DNA of 20,649 bases from Chiloscyllium plagiosum (taxonomy: Eukaryota), in assembly GCF_004010195.1 (NCBI RefSeq), contig NC_057755.1:2935498-2956146 (forward strand), in the 5' to 3' direction. Below the pieces are notes generated by a model, which saw nothing but the letters and a program-made list of their open reading frames with translations, had not been told where the DNA came from and searched no databases. The position numbers and the translations under genes were made by a program. The first letter of the stretch is position 1. Every line of letters begins with the position of its first letter. This document shows, in pieces, positions 1 through 9,587 of the stretch.

Positions 1-873
1 GCCATACTGGATTTGGTTCTGGGTAACGAACCAGGCCAGGTGTTAGAATTGGAGGTAGGTGAGCACTTTGGGGACAGTGACCACAATTCGGTGACTTTTA
101 CTCTAGTGATGGAGAGGGATAAGTGTGCACTACAGGGCAAGAGTTATAGCTGGGAGCAGGGAAATTATGATGCGGTGAGGCACGTCGTCGGATGCGTGGC
201 TTGGAAAAGTAGGCTTCAAGGCATTTGCACAATTGATATGTGGAGCTTGTTCAAGGAGCAACTATTGAGTGTCATTGATAAGTATGTACCTGTCAGGCAG
301 GGTGGAATGGGTCGTGTGAGGGAGCCGTGGTTTAATAAGGAATTGGAATCCCTTGTTAAATGGAAGAGGGCGGCCTATGTAAAGATGAGGCGTGAAGGTT
401 CAACTGGGGCGATTGAGAGTAATAAGGTAGCCAGGAAGGATCTGAAGAGAGAACTAAGAGCAGCAAGGAGGGGGACATGAAAAGTCCTTAGTTGGTAGGA
501 TTCGGGAAAACCCAAACGCTTCCTATAGGTATGTCAGGAATAAAAGAATGACGAGGGTAGGAATCGGTCCAGTCAAGGATAGTAGTGGGAAGTTGCGTGT
601 GGAGGCTGAAGAGATTGGGGAGACACTGAATGAATACTTTTCGTCAGTATTCACTCAGGAACAGGACATTGTTGCCGATGTGAATATTGAGTCACAATTA
701 ATTAGAATGGACGGCTTTGAGGTATGTAGGGAAGAGGTGTTGGAAATTCTGGAAAGGGTGAAAATAGATAAGTCCCCTGGGCCTGATAGCATTTATCCTA
801 GGATTCTCTGGGAAGCAGGGGAGGAGATTGCAAAGCCATTGGCCTTGATTGTTATGTCCTCGTTGTCTACAGG
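1..873 (+). mobile_element. CR1-clade LINE ORF2 fragment (end of the APE endonuclease through the start of RT), decayed
   Basis: Translation gives AILDLVLGNEPGQV..GDSDHNSV (endonuclease C-terminus), EPWFNKE, LNEYFSSVFT and KSPGPDSIYPRIL, all typical CR1 ORF2 motifs. There is a frameshift near 480. The match stops abruptly at ..SSLSTG, before the expected VPEDW. Confidence 0.93.
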
Positions 874-3822
874 TGCCAAGGAGTATGGAATTCCAACGAA
901 ATTTCTAGTCCTGCTATTACCCCTTGAAAGATCTTAGAAATAAAATGGGAACCTTGGTCTGAATCTATAGTTTCCACTATTCCATATGGTGGGATGATAT
1001 GTTCAAGGATTGTTTTCACTACTCCTTTTGAGGTAGCTGAAGACATTGGGAAAGCTTCCACTCACCCGGTTAAGTGGTCTACTATGACTAATACGTACTT
1101 TTGTTTCCCTACCAGGGGTAATTCTGTATAGTCGGCCTGTATGTTCTGAAGATGTCTTACCCTGGGATTCCTTCCAACTTTTTTGCCCTCCTCTTGTTAC
1201 CTTTTCATTAATCTTTTGGCAAATCGGGCATCCTGAGCATACCTGCTTGGCTAATGTGCATATCCCTTTCCATCCGTACTTCCTTAACACTGTGTCACAC
1301 ATAGTTTGAGACCCCCAATGACTGCCTTGGTGCAGGGTATTTAGAATGTTTCTCATGACTGGTTTACTCAACATTTCCCTCCCATCCGGGAGTATCTATC
1401 TTCCTTCACTTGTCTTAGTGGCTCCTATCTCCTGGAATTCTTTTTCCTCTTCCTTCGTATACACGAGCTTCACGGAAGGAGACTCCACTAGGGGTGTGAG
1501 AACCCGTATTTTTGTTACTGTAAGGTTCATAGCTGCCTCTTTGGATGCTTCGTCTGCGAGTCTATTTCCTCTTGCTTCTAGAGTGTTCCCTTTTGGTGCC
1601 CCGGTACATGAACTATTGCTATTTCTCGTGGTAATTCCGAACTTTTCAACACTTGTCCTATTAACTGTTCGTGTACTAATTCCTTCCCCCGGCTATTGAT
1701 TAGTCCACTTTAATGCCATATTTTTCAGAAGGTATGGAGCACCCCATCGGCATACTTAGAGTCGGTTTAAATTGTCCCATCCTGATTTTTTAGTTGTTTT
1801 AAAGCTTGGTTTAATACATACAACTCACAAGTTTGGGCCGAATATGTGCTAGGCAACCGGTCAGCCTCAACTGTTTGGTCCTTGTTACCATCTACTACTG
1901 CATATCCATTGTGTCTTTTTCCTTGTACGACTCTTGATGACCCGTCTATAAACAGTCTGCCCCCATCATGCAAGGGAATATCTTTTAGATCTGGTCTAAC
2001 CTTATCCTGATATCAATGATATCTAAACAGTCATGTCCTAATTCTCGTTTGTCCAGAGGTTTACCCTTCCATAGGAAGGTAGCTGGGTGTAGACAGGTAT
2101 CTATTGCTAACACGAGGTCATCTCTCTCTCCATCGGAATGGCTTCGTATTTCAAGATTCATGAGTCTGCCAACCATTTCCCTGCCTTTTGGTTTAACACA
2201 GTTCTGATTTGATGGGGGGTACTAACGACTAGCGCTCCTCCAAAAGTAAGGTTATGGCTCTACTCTACCAGTATGGCAGTGGCTGCCACTGCCTGTATAC
2301 ATTCAGGCCATCCTCTCAGGACAGGATCCAAGATCTTAGACAGGAAGGCTTTGGGCTGCCTCCTTCCCCCTCCCTTCTGGGTTAACACTCCTAAGGCTGC
2401 TTCATCATTTACTGTCACAAAAAGGTGAAATGGTTTCTCGAGGGAAAGCAGGACCAACACCGGAGCTTGTATTAAACTATGGTTTAGCTTATGTAACCCT
2501 TCCTTTTCCTCTTCTGTCCAGTGTAGTCTTTCATGTTCAGATTCTGTCAATTTATAATATAACCCTTTCGTTTTCTGGGCGTATGCTTCTATCCATAATC
2601 TACAATAGCCCACTAGCCCCAAGAACTTCTGTAATTCTCGTTTGGAGATCGGGAGGGGTAGTTCTACTATTCCTTTAATTCTCTCGGGGTTAATTCGCCT
2701 TGTACTCTCACTAGCAAGCTGCCATATATATTTCACTTCTTTCTCTACATGTTGCAATTTATTCCTAGATACTCTTAAACCTTGTTGCCCTAGGAAATTT
2801 AACAGCCTATTGGTGGAAGCTCACGTCATCTCTCTTTCGTCCTGACACAAGTAGATCTTCCACGTATTGTAACAGTGATGTCACTTTAGGCATCTCAAGT
2901 TGTTCCAGGACCTGTTCCAGTACTTGCTCGAATAGATTAGGTGATTCTGTGAATCCCTGGGGAAGTACCGTCCATCGGAATTGTTGCTTTCTACCAGTGT
3001 ATGGGTTTTCCCACTCAAAGGCAAACATATCACGGCTTTCTGGAGCCAGAGGGCAGGCCAAGAATGCATCCTTTAAATCTATTGCACGAAACCAGCGGTG
3101 GTGACACGGTATCTTGCCTAGCAAAGTGTACGGATTGGGAGCTACCGGGTGTCATGTTCAAACCAATCGGTTCAATGCTCTGAGATCCTGCACTAATCGA
3201 TAGGTTCTATCTGGTTTGCGGACAGGCAGTATTGGGGTATTAAAGGGTGACATACAGGGTTCTAACAATCTGGTTTTTAACAAAGAATCACTGGTTGCAG
3301 ACCTTTACGACCTTCCAGTGATATGGGGTATTGTCTAATCCGAACTGTCTTAATCTCCTGAATCAATGTAATTACCATCGGAGCAATAGTTAGATGCCCT
3401 GTATTACCCAGTCTTGCCCATACATCAGGACTGATTTGTTTTTCATCGCGAGGTGTTAACATGGTCATCTTTACGGTCACTGCACTATTTTCCACCCCAA
3501 TTTTTAAGCCGAACAAGATAATCAAATCCCTACCTAATGGATTACTTCCAATGTCGGGAGTATACAATAATTGTCCTGTCACTTCCTCATTATTTACTCT
3601 AATTAGCATTGGCTCAAAAATAGGCACGAAAAATTCTTCGCCTTTTACTCCGGAAACCCTGAGATTCTTGTTAGTCAATTTTACGCCGCCATGTCTAAAA
3701 CTTAGGGATGACCATGCTTCTCCCGTGTCCATCAAAAATACTGCCTCCTCCCCTTCAGGTCACACCTTTAGATTTATCAAGGGTTCCCGGTGGGTTTCAG
3801 GAGGAAGGAACCCCTGACTCCC
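872..3822 (-). pseudogene. pol: Retroviral pro-pol (protease, RT, RNase H, integrase), defective
   Basis: PR: FLMDTGEAWS (about 3700-3740) and LGRDL. RT: IDLKDAF, FAFEWENP, WTVLPQGFTESPNLF and QYVEDLL (YVDD mutated, 2855-2866), then FLGLVGYCRLWI. RNase H: LFIDGSS and SAQTCEL. IN: HQGSHWG..CSGCPIC, IQADYTEL, VEAFP and IDSDQGSHF, ending at FHTPWH. Confidence 0.93.
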
Positions 3823-3825
3823 CTA
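3744..3825 (-). promoter_or_regulatory. gag-pol amber stop read-through signal (TAG, purine-rich spacer, putative pseudoknot)
   Basis: The minus strand reads GAA TAG GGG AGT CAG GGG TTC..., and protease is in the same frame as gag. Stem 1: CAGGGGTTCC pairs with GGAACCCTTG. The loop TTCCTCCT can pair with downstream GGGAGGAG. Confidence 0.75.
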
Positions 3826-5337
3826 TTCCTCATCAAATGCCATTAAGGAAACAGTTTCCCTTTACCGCGTTAGTCCAGGGCATTCTTGATTAAAATGGCC
3901 CACTTTTCCACAATGGTAACATCCCGCCTGTTGCCTTCTTCCCCGGACGTCCGAACTTTGTCTTTCGTGTCCTCCTCTATCCTTATCCTTTCTATTATCT
4001 CCCAATCCTAATCTCCTCTTAGTTATTTCATCTACTGCTACCACCATCATTTTACCTTTCTGCTTCTGCTTCTCGTCCTCTCTCTTCACATGCACTTTCT
4101 GTGCCTCACGTAACAACTCTTCCATCTGTTTTTCACTCCATCCATCTATTTTCTGGAATTTCTTTTGTATGTCCAACCATGACTTTGTCACAAACTGGAC
4201 CTTCAAAAGTCCTTGCGCCACCGGTCATCAGGATTCAATCCCGAATATTTCCTTGTGGCTTCTTTGAGCCTTTGAAAAATGCCGAAGGGGTCTCGTCTTT
4301 CTCCTGCCTTACTTCAAAAGCCTTAACAAAGTTTTGTGATCTTGGCGCTGCTTCCTTAATTCCCAAGATCACCATTTCCCGAAAGTCTCTCATGCTTCCA
4401 CTATCACGTGCATTCATGCCCTCCCGTCGCTGATCTGTATTATGGAATATTTGTTCAGCCGGAGTTACTTCTTCTCCCGGAGGTATCTTCTTTCCCATTC
4501 CCTCACAGCGGCCCTTCTGATCATACCCTTTTTATTCTCCTGAGAATAACGTCCCCAATATTGCCATCATTTCCCCCCAGGTATACCAATTTGGCCCCAA
4601 AAACTGGTCTAACTGCTCCCCCAATCCCACGGGATCCTCAATTAGATTTTTTATTTCCTTTTTAAAGGCTCTGACCTCCCCACTGGTCAGCGGCGCATTA
4701 ACATATCCAATTTCACCGTTTCCAATGGGGACCTCTCTGAGAGGATATACCTGTGTGGCCCTGCCTTGTTACCTTTCTTCTCTCCTTACTGTTGATCTAG
4801 TCTTAACCTGGCTCACAGTGGAGTCCTCTTCTGGGCCTTTTTCAGATTCCTCTTCTGGGGGTTCCTCTGCTGGGGTACAGAGGGCTGGGGCGATGATCCA
4901 GTGTCATCGGGGGATGGTGGACCATCATTTCTAATGTAATAAGCGGGAGGTAAATTTGACAAAGGGTCCCAAAGGGGAGTTTTGGGTTTTTCATCCTTTT
5001 CCTCCCTTTCTTTCTTTTTTAAGACGAACATATTTTGGCTCCCTATCCAACAGGCTGCATAATCAGCCTCTTGTCGGCTTTCTTTCTCTTTGCTATTAAC
5101 ATATATATTTAAGTCTTGGCACAGCTAACCTTCATCGGACCCATATTTGGGCCAAAATATATCAGATTTCTTAATACTTTATTGTGTCCAGACTAAACAA
5201 CAATACCTTTTCATTATAAGTTTATCTTTCTCCACCGTCCAGGAGTAGTGTTCCCAATTTCCAAACATTTTCCCCAAGGGACTGTCGGACGGAATTTCTT
5301 CAAGTTTAACATTAACTATACATCAATCTTTATAGAG

Positions 5338-5560
5338 CTGGAAATGTGTTGCTGGAAAAGCGCAGCAGGTCAGGCAGCATCCAGGGAACAGGAGAATCGA
5401 CGTTTCGGGCTTAAGCCCTTCTTCAGGAAAGCCATTCCTGAAGAAGGGCTTATGCCCGAAACGTCGATTCTCCTGTTCCCTGGATGCTGCCTGACCTGCT
5501 GCGCTTTTCCAGCAACACATTTCCAGCTCTGATCTCCAGCGTCTGCAGACCTCACTTTCT
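5338..5560. mobile_element. Palindromic non-autonomous insertion, probably an inverted pair of Penelope-like pseudo-LTR ends, with a 17-bp TSD
   Basis: The direct repeat CATCAATCTTTATAGAG occurs at 5321-5337 and 5561-5577. Inverted arms at 5334-5429 and 5435-5530 are 96 bp with 1 mismatch and a 5-nt spacer. Removing the insert restores contiguous gag MA sequence. Confidence 0.85.
5434..5470 (+). ncRNA. Minimal hammerhead ribozyme-like core (mirrored on the minus strand at about 5394-5430)
   Basis: CTGAAGA-A-GGGC(TTAT)GCCC-GAAA-CGTC matches CUGANGA-stemII-GAAA..GUC. Stem III is reduced to the palindrome ACGT, and stem I pairing is imperfect. Confidence 0.55.
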
Positions 5561-5844
5561 CATCAATCTTTATAGAGACAACTTCCATTGCCTCCCATTT
5601 TTTTTAAAATTTAATTGATCTTTTCGAGGTCCGGTGTCACCTTCTTCCACATCCACTTCAGGTTCCTGACCTTCACGTGGGGGATTTCCCTTCTTAACAA
5701 CCAGTCTAAGGCTGGCTGCTAGAATTAGGTTGACACCCTTTCCCGTCCGATCAATCCGGCCAATTATATGTTATTTTTAGACCTCTCCAATTCCTCGTAC
5801 TTCTCGTACGTCCCCGACACCAAGGGAATACTTAAAGGTCCTTT

Positions 5845-5855
5845 TCTTACCTTGG
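5845..5855 (-). promoter_or_regulatory. Candidate major splice donor in the ERV leader
   Basis: CCAAG|GTAAGA on the minus strand (GT at 5850-5849), between the PBS and the gag ATG. Confidence 0.45.
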
Positions 5856-6161
5856 TCGGTGCACAGAGTCACCTGGTCATGTCAATTCGGTCGTTACCTG
5901 CGCGGCAATTCCCGCAACAGCTACTGTTACAAATTCCCGGTCGCCCGGATATATCTCGAGAGACCTTTCCTTACCCGGGTCTTGTGCACAAGAGTTACCC
6001 GAGCGAACTTGCCGCGTCTTCCTGTCTTGTTACCAGGGTCTTTCCCTAAGATCACGCTCGCTCAAAGCCGCCGCGGCAACAAGGGAAAACTAGAGATCGC
6101 CGAAGTCAGCGAGGTGCACCTTCTCCATTTCTCCAAGAATGATGAGCGACCAGAGTTTGGG

Positions 6162-6179
6162 ATCCCGGATTAGCCCCCA
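6162..6179 (-). promoter_or_regulatory. Primer binding site, tRNA-Pro
   Basis: TGGGGGCTAATCCGGGAT matches the canonical Pro PBS TGGGGGCTCGTCCGGGAT at 16/18. It lies 4 nt after the LTR-terminal CA. Confidence 0.88.
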
Positions 6180-6183
6180 AATC

Positions 6184-6674
6184 TGTTAGAAACAAACTTA
6201 CCAAAATTAGCCAAAACCCACCAAAACTGGAAACAAGACAATTTATTTTACGACCTTGCAAGAAAGGGCATAAAATGCTAAAGAAAATGAGCATTGAAAC
6301 AAGTGTACGGTTATACCTTTGAGCTGCGTGAGGTCACGTCTCCCGACTCCTACATTACCCAATCACTCTAGTTCTCTGCCTAACTTGCGACCTGACTGCC
6401 CCTACGTGACTTCTCCTTATCTTGATTAGATTCTACTTCCATCTCCTTGGGCCGTTATCTGCAACCGTTTTGTAACTATACTAACACTTGCTGTGCTAGT
6501 GTTTTCTATTGTTCTGCTTTTCTGCCTGCACAAACTTGTTTTTCCCGAAGTTTGCTAATCTGATCTTTGCCTGCAGCTGCCCTCTATACCTGTTTGTCAG
6601 CGCTATGCTGAAGCTTATTATCACTACCCTTTTTGCTACATCTGCGTAAACAACACCCTTCCCCACTTCTCACA
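6184..6674 (-). repeat. 5' LTR of the ERV (about 491 bp)
   Basis: TG...CA termini with an imperfect inverted repeat (TGTGAGAA ... TTCTAACA, 7/8). AATAAA lies at 6247-6242 and a TATAA-like box near 6315-6311. It sits immediately upstream of the PBS. Confidence 0.8.
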
Positions 6675-6986
6675 TAATGAAGCCGCACAATAATATTACT
6701 TGCAAGCTAAACAGCTGAAGCAGCGGTTAATAATCAGAGATAAGTGAATCCACGACCAAAGGTCGAAATCTCCGGTCTGCAGTTCTGTCACAACCAATCG
6801 TGAATGACTGTAGAGAATGGAACAACTCACTGGTCAAGGAGTTTATGGAAGTATAAGTGTCCTGAATAATGGGAGGGTCCAACACATCAACGGTCTACTT
6901 TAATCTGCCCAGAACCCGGACAGTGTACGGTTTTCTAATGCTTTCACTGCCTGACAGACCCTGGGAAATCCCTTAAGGTGCACATT

Positions 6987-7308
6987 GGCACGGTGGCACA
7001 GTGGTTAGCACTGCTGCCTCACAGCGCCAGAGACCCGGGTTCAATTCCCGCCTCAGGAGACTGACTGTGTGGAGTTTGCACGTTCTCCCCGTGTCTGCGT
7101 GGGTTTCCTCCGGGTGCTCCGGTTTCCTCCGGGTGCTCCGGTTTCCTCCCACAGTCCAAAGATGTGCAGGTCAGGTGAATTAGCCATGCTAAATTGCCCG
7201 TAATGTTAGGTAAGGGGTACATGTAGGGGTATGGGTGGGTTGCGCTTAGGCGGGGCGGTGTAGACTTGTTGGGCCGAAGGGCCTGTTTCCACACTGTAAG
7301 TAATCTAA
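6987..7308 (+). mobile_element. HE1-type tRNA-derived V-SINE
   Basis: A box TGGCACAGTGG, B box GGTTCAATTCC, and V-domain TGTGGAGTTTGCACGTTCTCCCCGTGTCTGCGTGGGTTTCC. The CR1/HER1-like tail is GGGCCGAAGGGCCTGTTTCC..GTAAGTAATCTAA. Confidence 0.93.
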
Positions 7309-7711
7309 ATTTGGCCTTACCACTTTCATTAGATGTTCTGTCACCCCCCGATGCCTCTTTTTGAAGTGTGTTTTTGGATTTCGTTTTGTAATCAATTATG
7401 TAAATCACCTTTGACCGTATTATTATATTCAACATGCGAGACAAATGCTAACAAATATATACTGCTTTTATTGAATGGTGTAACTTTTCCAATACAATAA
7501 AAAAAATGAAACATATCTAACAGAAGCCAGTAAATTTTATTGGCTGATATCGTTGAAACTATCGGAACATTCCCACGTGTAGAAACAATTTTGAATTGAA
7601 CTTCTGCGAACACCAGGAGAAGGGAGAATGAGAATTAACCTTTATGCAAACAACACCATCGTGTTCTTCTTTGAAGGACCGATTAGTTATTAAATTGTTC
7701 ACTTTGCCACG

Positions 7712-7935
7712 TGCCTGAAAGTGAAGTGTAGGATGTGATTCAACATATTCGAGAGGTGGAGTTACTGAGGACTGCAGATGATGCACAGATCGGCCAGGGC
7801 AAGCAGATTTATTAATTTTGGGGCAGAGATAGAAATGGGTGGTGTTGTGTTAAGGGAACTAATGTTGGAGATTACAGATGGAAGATCTCCAGAGAAGATA
7901 AGATTGTCGATGGTCTTGGAGAAGACATTTCTCGA
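7712..7935 (-). mobile_element. Penelope-like element RT fragment, highly decayed
   Basis: The minus strand gives TIDNLIFSGDLPS, then after a frameshift HFYLCPKINKSACPGR. This resembles the PLE RT motif FYxLPKIHKxxxPGRPI. Confidence 0.7.
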
Positions 7936-8409
7936 GGCAAATAACGGAAAGCAAAGCCCATCATTCAGATCCAAGTCACGTGTTGCCACATTGTTTCTTG
8001 TATGATCCTTTTGCTTTTATCTCCTGTTCCCTGTATCAACTCAAACTACAGCCACATTTCAAAGTCAAAGTAACTTTACATAGAGAGAAAAAAAAATAAG
8101 GTAGTAACAGTTGTCTCATTCAACTAACCTAATATTAATGGAATTACAAAGAGTGTGGAAAACAAAAGGGCACCAAATGTTTGCAAGAACATTCAAGAGA
8201 ATATTGTTTTCTCTTCATAATGTAAATAATAAGACAAACGAAAGTAACACAGTTCTGGATTATTTTAGGAAATTAAACTGGAAGATTGGATGAAATAGCA
8301 GTGAGTGTCTTAACCAGATGGCAATCAGATTGCAACTAGATTTGTCATCATTATGGAAAGGGACAAGGATATAAGCTTAGCTGAGTGTTGAACGTACAGG
8401 ATTGAAATA

Positions 8410-9587
8410 AAGAAGAGAATTAGGAAATCAACAACGTGATGCAACAATGCATTGACAGGAAAAACCAAACATTTGTTATCAGTACTTCAACAAACACATT
8501 AACAAACAGCATCAGGATAATTAGAAACGATGGGGCTGATCTAGGATGTAAAGGGTATCACACACTTGGATGTAGAAGATGAAGATTCTCAATAAATGTT
8601 TGTCTCAGTGACTCTTTTTTCACAAAGAACTGGATGATGCAGGCATTCTAGTTAAAGAGGAGGAATTAATTATTAGATACAACACGCATAGTTCGAGCTG
8701 AAATATCGGAAATGTTCTCTATGAAAGTGGATAAAATAAGAGAGTGATGGATTTTTCAACCGTTTAAAGGAAGCCAAACATGCAATAAGTGTCACATTGC
8801 AAATCATTTTCTAATGCTCAACAGAAATCAATGATGTCCCAGAGGATTGGAGATCTGTGAAAAATGTAGCTTGCAGCATTAAAAAAGATGTGCTATTTAA
8901 GCCTGATGTTATAGAAGGGCAGGTATGAATTCCATAGTCTGCAAAATTTTAGAATCAATTCTGACAGGAGAAACTGCCATTTGGAATTATTGTGCAGTAA
9001 GAAGAGAATGAGGAAATCAACAAAGTGAAGCAACAATGCATTTACAGGAAAAAACCAAACATTTGTTATCAGTACTTCAACAAACACATTAACAAACAGC
9101 ATCAGGATAATTAGAAACGATGGGGCTGATCTAAGATGTAAAGGGTATCACACACTTGGATGTAGAAGATGAAGATTCTCAATAAGTGTTTGTCTCAGTG
9201 ACTCTTTTTTCACAAAGAACTGGATGCTGCAGGCATTCTAGTTAAAGAGGAGGAATTAATTATTAGATACAACATGCATAGTCCGAGCTGAAATATCGGA
9301 AGTGTTCTCTATGAATGTGGATAAATTAAGAGATTGATGGATTTTTCAACCGTTTAAAGGAAACCAAACATGCAATAAGTGTCACACTGCAAATAATTTT
9401 CTAATGCTCACCAGAAATCAATGATGTCCCAGAGGATTGGAGATCTGTGAAAATGTAGCTTGCAGCATTAAAAAAGATGTGCTATTTAAGCCTGATGTTA
9501 TAGAAGGGCAGGTATGAATTCCATCGTCTGCAAAATTTTAGAATCAATTCTGACAGGAGAAACTGCCATTTGGAATTATTGTGCGGT
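8410..9587 (+). repeat. Tandem duplication, 2 x 589 bp (8410-8998 and 8999-9587)
   Basis: A direct head-to-tail repeat. About 21 differences were counted by eye (about 96% identity). Confidence 0.95.

Larger units (their letters stand above)
3823..5598 (-). pseudogene. gag: Retroviral gag, defective and interrupted by an insertion at 5338-5560
   Basis: The ATG at 5598 gives MGGNGS, matching the MGxxxS myristoylation pattern. MA-like IPSDSPLGKM..RYCCLVW..FWPKYGS..YAACW follows. Also present are late-domain-like LPPAY and PSVP, MHR-like VRQEKDETPSAF, and a single CCHC knuckle CYHCGKVGHFNQEC. It ends AFDEE-TAG at 3825-3823. Confidence 0.9.
872..6674 (-). mobile_element. Class I (gamma-like, HERV-I/ERV-IP-related) endogenous retrovirus, 5'LTR-PBS-gag-pro-pol, truncated inside integrase (no env or 3' LTR)
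   Basis: The minus strand carries, in order: LTR, PBS, MA/CA/NC, amber stop, PR, RT, RNase H and IN. Many stops and frameshifts are present. Confidence 0.93.

Noticed and set aside
548..937. ORF appearing to be a CR1 protein with a novel C-terminus
   Set aside because: It is chance read-through across the CR1/ERV deletion junction into antisense integrase.
1346..4934. Several plus-strand ORFs antisense to gag-pol (for example 1346-1699, 3461-3817 and 4101-4433)
   Set aside because: They are short shadow ORFs with no motifs, and nothing supports an antisense accessory gene.
5248..5588. Near-identical ORFs on both strands (MCCWKSAAGQAASREQ...)
   Set aside because: This is an artefact of the 96-bp inverted repeat and not a gene.
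6675..6986. Unique-looking sequence next to the LTR with a weak LLQLFS peptide and an acceptor-like TTCTCTACAG on the minus strand
   Set aside because: No sustained reading frame or recognisable homology was found, so there is too little to call.
6987..7060. tRNA-like sequence with A and B boxes (also at 11399-11470)
   Set aside because: It is the SINE head and continues into the V-domain and LINE tail, so it is not a tRNA gene.
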